Shown here: piece by piece, positions 14,765-28,330 of the stretch
How the letters are laid out: each line of letters begins with the position of its first letter
Position numbering within the stretch: position 1 is the stretch's first letter
Origin: Octopus vulgaris
Taxonomy: Eukaryota
Assembly (NCBI GenBank): GCA_951406725.2
Contig: OX597829.1
Location: forward strand, 29,946,001 to 30,010,000
Reading direction: 5' to 3'
Length of the DNA: 64,000 nucleotides
Position numbers and translations under genes: made by a program
The notes under the pieces: model-generated
The model's input: the letters and a program-made list of their open reading frames with translations, nothing else
What the model was told of the DNA's origin: nothing
The model's database searches: none

Positions 14765-15052
14765 CTTTTCGCCCTTTTCAAGCCTAGCCAGACTCATGGG
14801 CCTGGTTTCTGTGGTGTATGTATTCCCCCCAGCTGGATGGGATGCCAGTCCATCGCGGCATTACTCAAGAAACGGGAAGAGAGAGTGAGAGAAAGTTGGG
14901 GCGAAAGAGTACAACAGGGATTGCCACCCCCCCCTGCCGAAGCCTTGTGGAGCTTTAAGTGTTTTTACTCAATAAACTCTCACAATGCCCAGCCTGGGAA
15001 TTGAAACTGCAATCCCCTAACCGCGAGTCCGCTGCCCTAACCACTGGGTCAT
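14765..15052 (-). mobile_element. tRNA-derived SINE, separate family
   Basis: Minus-strand tRNA-like head CCCAGTGGTTAGGGCAGCGGACTCGCGGTT...TTCAATTCCCAGG; flanks share TTA.GAATGTTTT. A related + copy lies at about 3350-3640. Confidence 0.7.
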
Positions 15053-16506
15053 TAAGAATGTTTTGGCATGACTAAATTAACCTCTGGCTTTTATCTAATT
15101 ATATACTTGATATATTTAAATTTGTGTTTAAGCCATATTATAAGAAATCATTTTAGAAATGGGAACAGCAATGTTGGTCTAGGCTTGTAGACACAGTCAG
15201 AAAGTTTGTGGAAAACTGGTGTTATTTTATTTTTAAAGTTACCTAGAAGTTTTAATTTATGTGCCTGATGATAAATCCAGCTTTTGTAAACAACCCAAAC
15301 TGCAACATTTCCGAGATTAGTAGCTATAAATATATCTGAATTTTGTATAATATTGTAAGCTTCTATCATGCTCCATTTGTTGAACCTGCTAGTTTTTCAG
15401 ACTTGCATGTGACTTTCAAATTATGCTGGGATTCTTTCAAGTAATTGCACATGTTGTTCATCATAGCTCGACTGAATGCTCTGTGTATACTGTATATACA
15501 GGGTTTGCTTTTAATGTGTGTAATAAAGGGTTCTTTTTTTTTTTGTATCATTATTGCTTATGGAAAGGCAAGGATTTGGTAGAAACTAACTTATACGGTC
15601 TTCAATGTAGTGAGCATCAAATACTTAGATTACATGATGAAGTATCACAAATTAATCATTTCAACAAGTGCCAGAAACATGCTTTGGTCTTATTAAACCT
15701 CCTCAGTACTTGCCAAAACTGTTAAAGTAATAGTCATTGAGCTAATTATGTATTAAATTCTCATATTAAATATGTTAACAGTAATTTAACTATTATTTCT
15801 CATGCAGATGGCATCTCCAAGTAATTAACTTCAGTGCTTTAGGTTTTGAAATATACTAATTTTTCATGCCTACTGGTTTATAATATTTACTTAGTGATTC
15901 AGTATCTTGCAATTATGGTGAAATCTGTTTTACTGAGGAGGTTTCATAATATTGAAACATGTCTACAGTTGTTTCCCATACTTGCTTAAGTGATAAAATA
16001 ATAATAGTCGTTTAAGCTAAGGGTTTTTTTTTTTTTTTTGTTAATTTACTATTTATATTTTTCAGTTAGGTAATTAATACTATATTAAATGCTACATAGT
16101 TTTGTCCTTCAGTATATTCGGGTGTGATTTTGCTTTTCACTCATTCAAAATTGATAAATTCTGTAATATTTTGCCACATTACAATCAACTTGGCCCCTCA
16201 CTTGTAAAAATTGTTTTTGTGCCTATCTGAAAATAAAGGAGTAAATAAATGATGCTAATGACACAGACAGTAAAACAGCTGGTCTACTTGTAGTAAAATA
16301 GCTGAACTACTTGTTACCACTGTACTTTTGTTTGCTGTCTTAACAATTTAAGATTAACCACTCTTGCAATACACTTTTCCATTTCCTCTTCCTGGAAATA
16401 AGTACTAGTTGCATATGCATGCACACACACTTCAAGTTCAACGACTGTGTTTCTATTTACTTTCAAAAGAAATAGCATCGTTGTATCTAAAACAGAAGAT
16501 CCCATT

Positions 16507-16571
16507 ATGTGTGTATGCAAACAAAGCACAGCGTTATTCTTGCTCCACCCAGTGCCGATTATGTCCCCTAA
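16507..16571 (+). CDS. Candidate alternative first coding exon of Klc (MCVCKQSTALFLLHPVPIMSP-K), phase 2
   Basis: In-frame ATGs at 16507 and 16561 (both with A at -3) and donor AA|GTAAGA at 16572 in phase 2. Four CpGs in 16441-16560 against a CpG-poor background; non-repetitive sequence. Confidence 0.35.
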
Positions 16572-18340
16572 GTAAGAGCAAATACAAATGCTATTGCTTT
16601 TAGTGAGTCATTGGAAATCATTATTTGCAGAAAAGTTGTTTTTTTTTCTTTCTATTATTTATTGCAGGATCCATTGACAACGTATTGTTCCATGTACTTG
16701 AAGCACAACTTGTCCATCTTGTATGGATTTTGAATATTGACTAATATTTAAGTTTGTACTTTGTCTTGTCTTATAGATCAGGCAAATGTGAAATGGGAGG
16801 GCTACTGAAGAGGACAAATGTTCTCTCTGTATCATTTCGATTTAAAGAAACAATTATAACGTTGCATTTTTTTCTCTTTATTATTATTATTATTATTTTT
16901 ACATCAATAAACTAACAAGCTGTTAGAAAGCATGAATGACTCGGCATCAAAACCGGTTAGTACTTTCAGTTTAACCACACCCATACTTGCATTCACATAT
17001 ACTCACACATCCACATTTATTTATTTTGTGTGTGTATGTGTGTGTGTGTGTGTGTGTGCACATATACATACACACTTTCAGCATGTACAAGACAAGGAAG
17101 AAATCTATGAATTGACTTATTTACATCATTATAATAGTTATCACGTAGATATGTGTAACATGAATGCCAATAGCAACTGTTATGACTAAAACTATTGATT
17201 TTTTTTTTTTCTTTTTACTTGCTGATAGAAACCCAGACTAGACAGACAGAATGAAGTTTTTTTGTGTTTTCTTTTTTTGTCTTAGGAAACAAAAAAGTAT
17301 TTGTTGTACTGTCTTAAGCTTATTTATATATATATAAAAAAATGATGATGACAATTATAGTAATAATCAATAATAATATTTTCTAACTTTGGCACAGTAC
17401 CTCTTATTTGGGAGGGAATATGTCACTTTCTGCAAATTTTGTACTGAGTAAAGAGAAATGGAAAAAATGAAGTCCAGTCAAGTAGAGTTTTAGCTCTCTA
17501 GAAATTACAAAGAACCTTATTAGATGAGAACAAATTATTTATACTGCAGGGACACAAAAATATATATTTCACTCTGGTACTCCAGCACGACTACAGTTGT
17601 ATGGTTGAAATGTATGAAAGAATATTATATATGTAGGATGTGTATGTGTTTGTGTTTTGTATATATGTATACATATTATACATACATACACACACACACA
17701 TATATATACACACACACATACACCTCACAATGAAAGTTGGAATACTTAAATTATCTACTTAAAATTCCAACTTTTCTTTTGTTAGAAGAATCGCTAAAAT
17801 ATATTTTTTCCCCAACTTTTAGATGAACTATAATACTTCTAAGATATGTCAGAATTTTGTGTGTGTGTGTGTGCATGTATGTGGGTAGGTGGGTGGCTGA
17901 TAGGGTGAGTGAAGTGGGGGATAGTGGGAAAGTAGAACTTGGGATAATCCAAAACGTCATTTATTATTTCTATTCAAGTAGGTTGCTAGGATAATCTTTT
18001 TTAAATCCTGTTACAGCCTACCTAAAACTCTTAATTAAAATCTATTTTTAATGCTTATCATTAGGCTTACAACCCTTTTTAATAGAGTTTAGTTGTCTTT
18101 TATCTATTGTCAGCATTATCTTTGTTTAAAATTATTCTTAAACTTGTCCTATGTCATTGCTTTGAATAAATGTAAGTAGAAACTATTTCTTGGTTAAAAC
18201 CTGAAAAATATTTTTGAGAAGTGACATACCACAAATTATATTGCAATGATCTTTTGCATTTTGTTTGTTTGTGTGTGGATGCTTTTGGATCCACACGTAC
18301 ACAGAGGTATGCAAGCATACACATGCACACACGCACACAT

Positions 18341-18388
<48 letters not shown>

Positions 18389-18979
18389 AAATAATTCATG
18401 TGCGTGCATGTAATTATAAAAATCTGTTTGTAACAGGTGACCATCATTATTGAATCTAAAGTTCTAAGTATGAGTAACATTTGTAAAGGGAAATGGCTAG
18501 GTCAGTGTCTGTGTTTATATCTGGAGTGAGAGAATACTCCATATATGAAGCATGTATATTTTATTAGCTGAAGCTTCTTGAATTGAAGCACTGAATTTTC
18601 ACATTACAGAATATTTAACTTCTGTATGTGTGTATGTATGCATAATACATGTAATTATATATGGAAAGTGTGTGTGTGTATATGTATTTGTTTGGTGAAT
18701 ATTTTGTATTTGCAAAGTGTCTGTATATTCTATTAGAGGTTCGTGCTTCTTGATTTCTAATTCTAATTTTCACATTACAGGTTATGTGTCTGTGTCTGTG
18801 TGTGTGTGTGTGGAACAGTCAGAACAAATTTAATTAAAAGGCAATTTATTTAATCTGCTTGAATGAATGTTTTTGTTTTTTAAATTTTTCTTATATCTTC
18901 TAATGGGACATTATACATTTATCAAAGTTTAACAATCCTGACATTGTTTTTAAACATTTTATTTTTCTGCTTTTATCAG

Positions 18980-18991
18980 ATATTTATTGAG
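18980..18991 (+). CDS. Candidate 12-nt microexon of Klc (a TAT TTA TTG ag, x-Y-L-L-R in phase 2)
   Basis: TTTTCTGCTTTTATCAG acceptor after about 50 nt free of AG, CTGAC branch-like motif near 18938, strong GAG|GTAAGC donor, frame-preserving length, and TGCATG at 19049-19054. Confidence 0.55.
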
Positions 18992-19062
18992 GTAAGCATC
19001 TTTTAGTAGAATAGGCTCTTTGCTACTAATTTCTTTATTAAATTATTTTGCATGGTACGTTT

Positions 19063-19098
<36 letters not shown>

Positions 19099-22000
19099 GT
19101 ATATATATATATATATCTTTTTTCAATTAATTCGTTATTGTAATTAATCTTTACTTTTCATTCTTTTTTTCAAAGTTCTGCTTGTTCAGATATAATTTTT
19201 GATTAAAAAAAACAAAACCTCTTTTAATAGAAAATCATATTTTGTTCAGTAATTTAAAAAATTTATTTCTGTCTTTAATATAATAGTCTGAACTTTTAAA
19301 ACTAAACTTGATTGATTGAAGTTAATCATCTTGTGTTCAAATTTATTTTGGCGTATTTGTGTGCATATTTGTGTATGAGTGCATTGGTTGTTTTCTATGT
19401 ATAAATAATGATTAAAATTTTGCTTATTCCTTTAATACTTTATTTCTTAAAGTAACATTTTTAGACTCTTTTCCCCCCTCTTCTTTTTAGTTTATTGGTT
19501 AAGATCCTTGTTTTTTGTAGTGTTTATTTTTATCTCTTCCTTGCATGTTTCTGAAGAACATCATTGCTAAATTTAATCTTCTAAGAATTTGTTGAGATAT
19601 GAATAAAATATTCTTTCATTAGAATTGTTTAATCTATTTTCCATTGCTTCCTCTATTTTTATTCTCTTTCAATTATTTTCCCAATTTGAAAAATAAAATC
19701 CTTCTAGAATAATGTGGAGGTAACCTGTGTAGCTAAGTGGGCACTGAAACAAAAGTGAGTTGGAACAGAGAGATCTGTTATTCTAGTATAGTTGCTTTGG
19801 TGTTAGCAGTTTGATAAATATCAAGATGTTTATGATAATAGCTCTGAAATGTGTAAAAACACCATTACATCCTTAGTCATAAATATTAGTAAAAACCATC
19901 ATATGACAATCTTCTGGGCCAAAGGTTTTAAGTGAAAAGAAACCCAGATTCTTGATGTGCTAATAATCTGAATGACTGTAAGAATATAACATTTTCCCAA
20001 ATGGCTTCAATGAATTTGTAAACATATTGGAGGCTTAAGAAGCATATTTAAAAATGCCTAATAATGTAGATTTCACACATTTCAGTTCATGATGTGAATA
20101 TGCCTGGTCTCTAAGTACATGGTAGCTCAAATCATAGCATAGGTTACTGACTTCCAATTGAGTATTGAAATACAATTTTCTCTTCCTCCACAGCACAGGT
20201 CTATATATAAATAATATAGATTTAAACATGCCAAAGTCTTGGAGGAAAAAAATCTTACTGCCTACATGTTTCTCTCTGTCACTGACAGTATCCATGAATT
20301 TACACAGGATCCTCTAGATTGTCTCTCAATCTGCCTGTTAGATATAAATTAAATTATCTTCAAACTACATCTTAAAAAAAAAAAGACATGTCATCTGAAA
20401 ATATGAGAAGCCATGGTTGGCTTACTTGATTAGAGTTGACATTATTATCACCCACAATCTGTTATAGAGCACTGAGTCTTCTAATGTTCCTTGCTCTTAA
20501 TATTTGCCCCACATTTGCATCTTCACAAAAAATTGAAAATACCCTTGATAACTGGTATGAAGTATCACGACTGATATTTGACACTTGTAAACAGCTTCAC
20601 AAAAAGTAAAACCTGAGGAATTTAAGATTCTCTGTTCTGTCTTGTATTTTACCATAAAATCTTCCAGTTTATTTACTTAAATAATTTACTCAGTCATCCA
20701 CCATATTTGATTGAGTAGTTCTCAATAACTTTGAAAGTTATATTTTGCTTTTGACATCAATAAATTCTTTTATTGGCATTAGAAACTTAACAAAGCTGCC
20801 TACAGACAGACACCTCTCATCATTAACCTGTTCATATTCAGAATACTCTGTCAAATGTAATGCTATTTATTCAGATTGTTTTGAATTAATTATGCATTAT
20901 CTCATAACTGAGATTTCTACAATGTGACAACTGAACTAAATAAGATGTTTTTTGACCAGTTTTCATCATATTCCATCTTTCTCCCTTACCCTGCTGTTAT
21001 GCTCGTGATGTCATGAGACAACCGCCTAAGTTAATGATGACTCGACAAGCTATACTATACACAAGCTCCATTCATATGCAGTATCACCATGTGCTGGCAT
21101 ATCTTCAGCTTGGTCCATAAAAATAAATAAATAACCTTTCCATAAACTAAAACCAACAGATGACAACACTACATCCCTTTACTTCGTTTACTTGTGAACA
21201 ATACAGCTAAAACCATCGTAAGTCCCTTATAAATAGTTTACCTGGCAGTCAGTCACTAGCACCCTCTCACAATGCCCTACATAACCAAGGCTGCTCTATA
21301 GTTACTAAGCCTTTCAAAATGTCATTTCTTCTATACATTAACATTCTAGGCCACACCCAAGAAGAGATATATGCTAAGCAAGTCTTTGCTTACTAACAGA
21401 CTCAATGAGATCTCTGACTCCTCCAACAAATTTTTCCTTGTCTTCACTTTACAACTAACTAGTATAATATTCCCAAATTTTCTGAACATTGTCAACTTTA
21501 TATTACTGTCGTCACTCCCTTCAGTATGGTATGCCATGCAATTTGCCCAATGTTTTGTTTTTTTCCCCCTGAGTCTCACATCTGTCTGGTATTTTATCTA
21601 TCTATGATTTCCCTCCATCTACTTGAAACAGTAACCCACAATTGAGCTGTCACCCATCACACCCCTCTCTTTCTTGCTCTACCAACTTCTACTACAATTA
21701 TTGCTTTTCTAAATATTATTGACTATTACACCTATACTTATTTCTCCAGTATACTATGTCTCTGGTATTATTCCTTATGACCCCTTTCTAGAACTGCTGG
21801 CAACAATAGTTACTCTTCCAGATATTGCTGTCATGATAGATTCCCTCTTAGTGTTATTTTCCTACAGTTACTCTAAAAAACTACCTGCTCTTATAGATAC
21901 TACTTTTTTTCCCCCAAACACATTTGTCTAGTATTTCCTCTTGGTATATGGCTTTCACCCTATTACGGTTTATAACAAATATTAATCTTGCTCACCCTTT

Positions 22001-22410
22001 ACACTCCTCATTATTCCTGATAGTTGGAACTCATGACAGCAAATAAGCTATGGGTACTGCCCATCTTATTCCAAAGATTTTTTCAATATCTCAAAAACAA
22101 AATTATGCAGCTTGTAATTTGTTTTCATTTTAAATGTGGTTTGACTATTATAAAGGCTTTATATTTTGGATAGCAGTGAAATGTGAGTGAAACAGCTTCA
22201 TGTGGGAAATGAAACTAGATCAACACTGGCACCATACATCACTGTTTTCTACATGCTGAACAAATATCCAAGATCAAATTTCATATATTTTTCTAAAATA
22301 TATGGTATGCAAGAAAACATAAGATATATTGATAGGTAATCAAATCCAGAATTGAACTAATGTGTGATCAAAGGGTTTACTACATACACAGAGATCTTGA
22401 TGGTATTTGC

Positions 22411-22643
22411 AAGGCGGTGAGCTGGCAGAAGCGTTAGCACGTCGGGCGAAATGCTTAGCGGTATTTCGTTTGTCGCTACGTTCTGAGTTCAAATTCTGCC
22501 GAGGTCGACTTTGCCTTTCATCCTTTCGGGGTCGGTTAAATAAGTACCAGTTACGCACTGGGGTCATTATAATCGACTTAATCCGTTTGTCTGTCCTTGT
22601 TTGTCCCCTCTGTGTTTAGCCCCTTGTGGGTAGTAAAGAAATA
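22411..22643 (+). mobile_element. SINE family A, full-length young copy
   Basis: A-box-like and B-box-like (GAGTTCAAATTC) head, intact CpGs, 10-bp TSD GGTATTTGCA at 22402-22411 and 22644-22653. Confidence 0.92.
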
Positions 22644-24562
22644 GGTATTTGCATCTGCATATAAACACCTCAGTTACTATCATTGTACAAGTCTGTAATC
22701 TTTTATTCTAGCACTGATACTTCTGAGATTATATTAATTCTAACTTTTGTAAAGTTTCAAGTTCCATCAGATTGCAGTGCTGTTTCCTCAAGACTAATTG
22801 TAGCCAAGATTTTAGTAAGGCTGATGTTTTGTTCTAGTCATATAAAAGGGTAGTAATCAATTCTGTTTGAAAAAAGAGCCAAAGGTTTCAGTCCAACCAA
22901 ATTCTCAAATTTATATCCCCTTATGTTTATTCTTCATGTGATGCATCAACAATTTAACTCTTGTTATATTTTTGTTAAAATAACACTGCTGTTGTTTCAA
23001 TTAATTTTGAAAATAATGAATTTATGGGTGGGGTGGGGTGGAGTTGCCATTATTAAGCCAGTATTTGGAACATGAATTGACATGAAATTTGGATGGAAAT
23101 TTTTAGCTCATTTTACAAGATGAAGTTTCTGTCCTAGAATGGGCTATGTTCCATGCTACTGGCATGTGTAACACTTGTGTAGTCTCTTACTGTATTTTTA
23201 CCTATAGATCAAACAAATTACTTGCATTTTGTACAAACTAGATATATTTACCATGATTATAGATATTTTTAACATATATATATATTTGACCTACTGTATC
23301 TGAGACACTACATACACTATGAAACTTAATTGTCATTTCTAGCGAAGTTTCATTGTTGATCTGCCGTATTTCAGTGAAGAAATAAATCAATATTATCAGT
23401 AGTATTCTCTATTCATATTTAAGAATAGGTGGATGTGTAATATACATACACATATTTGCAGGACTGAAATAAATATGAATATTACAAAGTCTAGCTGTGA
23501 GAGGAATGCAAATGTAAACCTGTTCCTTCTCTGCTCTTGATGTATGGAAAAAGCGTGAAGGAACCTTCCAATGGACTGTTTCTTGGAGACTCATCCTCCT
23601 TTTTTCCCCCCATATATCAAGAGCATTGCAATAATGTATTTACCTTTCTTATGTCTCTTGTAGCTTGGCATTTTTAATATTCAGATTTATTCCACTTCTG
23701 ATTCGTGCTGTGTTGTACTTAAAGTTTAAACTTTTTAATTAATGTCAACCTGTCAAAAGCACAGATATGAAAACTAGTCTGTCCATTATGGTGATGGCTT
23801 AATTTACGACAGCTCTATACAGCTGCTGAAACACTGTTCCATTTGAAGTTCATGAAATCGAACATGTGACATATAATGAATTGTGATTTTAGCACAAAGA
23901 TGGGAGTAGTTAGTTGAATACATTGACATTGATGCTGGACTGATACTTAATTTTATCAATCCCAAAGAACTCAGAACATAAAGGGCTGGGACAAATACCA
24001 CACATAATTTTTACCTTGGGTATTTTGAGTAGAATTGCAGAACAGTGGAATAGCTTGCTGGGAGTTTATAACTACTCAGTAGCACAGAAATCTAACCATT
24101 GTGTGTGTTAGTGTATATATTTTTGAGTAGGTTTCTGTGTATTTTGACAGATATAGTGAGTGCTCACACACCCAACCTACCCATATTTATAGATTCATCT
24201 CCAAAAATATAACTTTAAAACTGACTGTAAACATCCGTATCTAAATTAAAGCCTATAAGAAATGCAAGTAATTGTATTTTTTAAATATCGTAGTATTTGG
24301 TACATTAAGATATTTTCAAAGCTATAAATGTTTATAGATTGCAATAAAAATCTAGGATTGTATCATTGACTGAAAGCTTATTTTTAAATATATTAATGTC
24401 CAAATTTTTTTTGTTTTTGCTTTTCATCCTTCCAAGATTGATAAAATAAACACCAAGTCAATACAATTGACGTATCTTTTCTCAAAATTTGTAGTTATTT
24501 TAATATTTCAGAAACTACTGAAGTCAGCAAGTTCAGATGCTTTTATTTTAACATCTAAAAGA

Positions 24563-24810
24563 TGCAGGCATGGTTATGTGGTTAAGAAGCTTGCTTTACA
24601 ATCATGTTGTTTCAGTTTCTGCCCCACTGTGTGACACTTTGGGCAAGTGTCTTTTGACTATAGCCCTGAGCTGACCAATATTTTGTAAGTGAATTTGGTT
24701 TGTCAATATCGCAGTGACTTAGCAGTTTAGCAAAATGAACTAATAGGATAAGCATTGGGTTTGATTTATTTGAATAAATCATTTGAAGTGGTACTCCTGC
24801 ATGACTGCAT

Positions 24811-24860
<50 letters not shown>

Positions 24861-25125
24861 AAAGCCTGGTTCTTATTTTCTTGGTCCCTTTTACTAAACT
24901 GTTATGGGGATGTAAACACAGCAGAACAGGTTGTCAAGTGGGGGTGGGGCACAAACACACACATATATGAAAGTCTTCTTTCAGTTTCCATCTACCAAAT
25001 CCACTCACAAGGTTTTCGTTAGCCTGAAGGTATGATAGAAGACACTTATCCAAGGTGCCACACAGTGGGACTGAACCTGGAATCATGTCATTGGGAAGCA
25101 AGCTTCTTACCACATACATACAACC
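24563..25125. mobile_element. Two adjacent SINE family B copies in inverted orientation separated by (TG)n
   Basis: + copy at about 24563-24812 and - copy at about 24858-25125. Other minus copies at about 3645-3795, 4066-4445, 13140-13300, 25680-25850, 28387-28715 and 49190-49500. Confidence 0.8.
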
Positions 25126-25211
25126 TACCAGCAAGGTGGCAACATCATAAGGCCACAACAATGTAAAGTGCATTGTTAGTAGTGGTGTATAACATCTGAC
25201 ATCTGATTGAT

Positions 25212-25262
<51 letters not shown>

Positions 25263-27056
25263 GTTACATATTTGCAATTAAGAAGTTTGGAATGAAACCA
25301 GGTTTGTGGTAGGAATGCATTGGGCCGAACAATTGCTTGTGAATGAATTGGTTGTGAAGAGCCCATCATGTATGTGTGCTTTCCACATGAGCAAGAAAAA
25401 TGTGTAGTATGTTTACATTTGTAATAAATGTTCTATATTGTGGTTCAACTCTCTTAAAGTCAAGCGTTGTCCAATGTAAATCTTACCTGTGTCCACTTTT
25501 CCATGCTTGCATATGTCAGATGCCTTTTCTATCACCAACCCTCACATGTTTCCAAGCAAGACAATGTTTCCCTATAGTCAGTTTTGTTTTCATAGAAAAC
25601 TGGAAACTAGAAACATTCGTTGTATGGTGGTGAAAGTCTTTTATCTCTATTGCATGATGTTAGCACAAGGAAAGCTGAACACACACACACACTCACAGTT
25701 TCTTTTAGTTTCTGTATATCAAATCCCTTAAGGTTTTGGTCAGCCTGATGCTTTAGTAAGACTCTTTGTTAAGGTGCCATGCAGTGGGACTGAACCAGAA
25801 ACCATGTGGATGAGAAGAAAACTTCTTAATCTTGTAACTATACCTCTGCCTATATATACAGTGTGTGTGTGTAGTGTGTTTATGTATTGTATACATACAC
25901 GTGTTTATGTATATATTGTACACATGTGTTTATATATTGTATACATACACGTGTGTTTATCTTTATGTATGTGTGTCTATTGGGTGCAATGTGTATTGTG
26001 TAGTATTTTAGGTGACTAAAATACTACACAATAGAGTGGAGGGAGTTGTAGCTATTTTTTGTCCTTAAATTATAGGCTTCTCATGAGGCTTCTCACGAAT
26101 TAGAAATTAGAAATGTACCCATTACAAGCTACTGTATATTTTTGAAATTTCACATATTGTTTTGTTATTTTCTGCTACCCTAAACTGTCAATATTATATA
26201 GGACATATCTCAGGAAGTAAATAATAATACATGAATTTTTTTTTCATTTTTATTGCTAATCAAGTAATATGTACAAGCTTCTAAATTCATATATACCAAA
26301 TATTCATTAAAAACAATAGCTCTGTGTACATGTTTTGTACTATGGGACCTTATATAAAGTTGACTGAATTAAGAGTCAATGAAATTACAAAGTTAAAAGA
26401 TAGTGGAATTTTTCAGGTTTAAAACCACTGAAATTAATTGATTTTTTTTCATTAGATATTAAAGGGATATTAAACTAACTTTAAGAATATAAATATCTAT
26501 TGACATTAATCTATTTCAAAGTTTCTTTTGCATCATACTTTTCATTTCATTTTTTTGTCTTGAAATCTAACTCTGTCTTTTCCTCTCTGTCTTTTCCTCA
26601 GTTATAATAGATCAGTTACTGAAGATGAGCATTTTACATTCTAAATACAAACATTTCTAGTATAGGGAGGTTTAAGTCCTGAAAATTAAGCAAAGAAGCT
26701 ATCCCCAATAAGATCCTTATCCTTGAATAAGACTGGTCTTATTCAGGTGTAGAATGGCATGGAGCTTATCTTTAAAACTTAATTGGTGAAAGTAACAGTG
26801 TTGATTTTATTCAACATTCTCATCAAAGTCTGTTCTACTTGGTTGGTAAGTCTGAGTTGACATTCACAATCCTAGTTGCTACATTACTTCCTCTTTGTTT
26901 CTCTGTGTTTCTGTATTTAAAAAAGTTTACTTCACAACCACATGACCTCTGGTTCAGTCCCACTGTGTAACACCTTTGGAAACTGTCAAGCTGAAGTGGA
27001 ACAACCACTACCTTGTGAGTGAATTGGTCAGACAGAAACTGTATAGAGCCATCCCC

Positions 27057-27106
<50 letters not shown>

Positions 27107-27189
27107 CTGTGTGTGTGTGTATATATATTTATATATATATATATAGTCTTGCCATCTGAGAATATACTTCTACGAAAAGGTTAAATAAG

Positions 27190-28330
27190 ATTGAAACATG
27201 TCTCCTGCTGCTACTGGTTACTTGCTTTTAGATTTTGAACATTCCCCTTACGGAGATTCTTCTCTCCTACTTCTGTGGATACATTCAGTTGAAAGTTTTT
27301 TAGCTCACTATATTACATAAGATCCCACTGTATTTATAGATTATTTCATGTTGTAGACAGAAAAGATATATTTATCTTTTGTGATAATTCAGAAAACATG
27401 CATATATCATAAGGATGAAGAACCTGTGAATATTGAGTTGAATAACAATTTGTTTCCCAAATTTTTACTCATTTTATTTTCGTTCTCCTTATCCTTCCTG
27501 ATGTAAACCTCATCTGCCATCCTAAACAAGACTCTCAAATAGGCTTCAGTGGGGTTTGAAAACCTAGTTTCTTTCAACATCAATTTACCATATTTGTTTG
27601 TATCAAGGAAATATTCTTGCACATGAATGAAAGTAAAACTGTCAGACGTTAGAAATGTTTAGGTCTTTCTCTTTTTGATTTGTGAAAGCCTCACATGTGT
27701 TAGCAAATTCCTTAAGACCAGAAAATATTTGGGTACTAACTGTTAGTCACTGACCTACTACAAGGCTCAGGCTAAGGTAGGACTTCCATTAGAATACTGC
27801 CTGCATCTACTGGTCACTGCTGTTGCTTCTCCCTTCCCCCCTCTCTCCCACACATCTTAGACCACTGATAAAAGATAGCCATTCAACAAAGATTGGTTAA
27901 GATTCAATTACTGATATACTATAATCAACATAAACAAGCCATATCACATCCTACACTCTTCTAAAAATATACTTCTAGTTATACTATTTGCAAACCAAAA
28001 AATATTGATGGTGATGTTCTAGAATGTTTTTGGTTGTAGATTTGCTTGATCAAAGCTGACCTGTGGCCATTCTGCCACAGCTCCAATAACCTTCCTACTC
28101 ACTAGCTGCACATTTTTTTTTCACTCAAAAACCATAGTGGATCTATCGCTGTCATCCTTAGATCTACCCCACTCACCAAACATTCGGTCCAATCCTACCT
28201 CCACTCAAAATTCAACTGCCTGGAATTTACCTGTCCAACCTATATATTGTTTTAAAGCTTCCACATATACATTTACTTGCAAATGTTCAAACCGAATGCT
28301 AATTAACGTTCAACTCAACTGTCTGAAAAT
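27190..28330 (+). mobile_element. Decayed CR1/Jockey-like LINE relic
   Basis: Relic motifs QWG..NLVSFN (about 27545-27580), YYKAQ...PLEYC (about 27755-27800, like YKAQVRP.LEYC) and WNLP (about 28220). Heavily mutated. Confidence 0.55.

Noticed and set aside
16668-16910. Acceptor-like sites at 16667 and 16776 and the ORF MGGLLKRTNV...
   Set aside because: No convincing phase-compatible donor; the ORF runs into a (TTA)n repeat and stops.
20930-22050. Strand-skewed stretch with faint RTE-endonuclease-like relics on the minus strand; similar faint CR1-like traces at about 19860-20330, 23700-24090 and 46200-46500
   Set aside because: Too decayed to classify by eye; needs RepeatMasker or TBLASTX.
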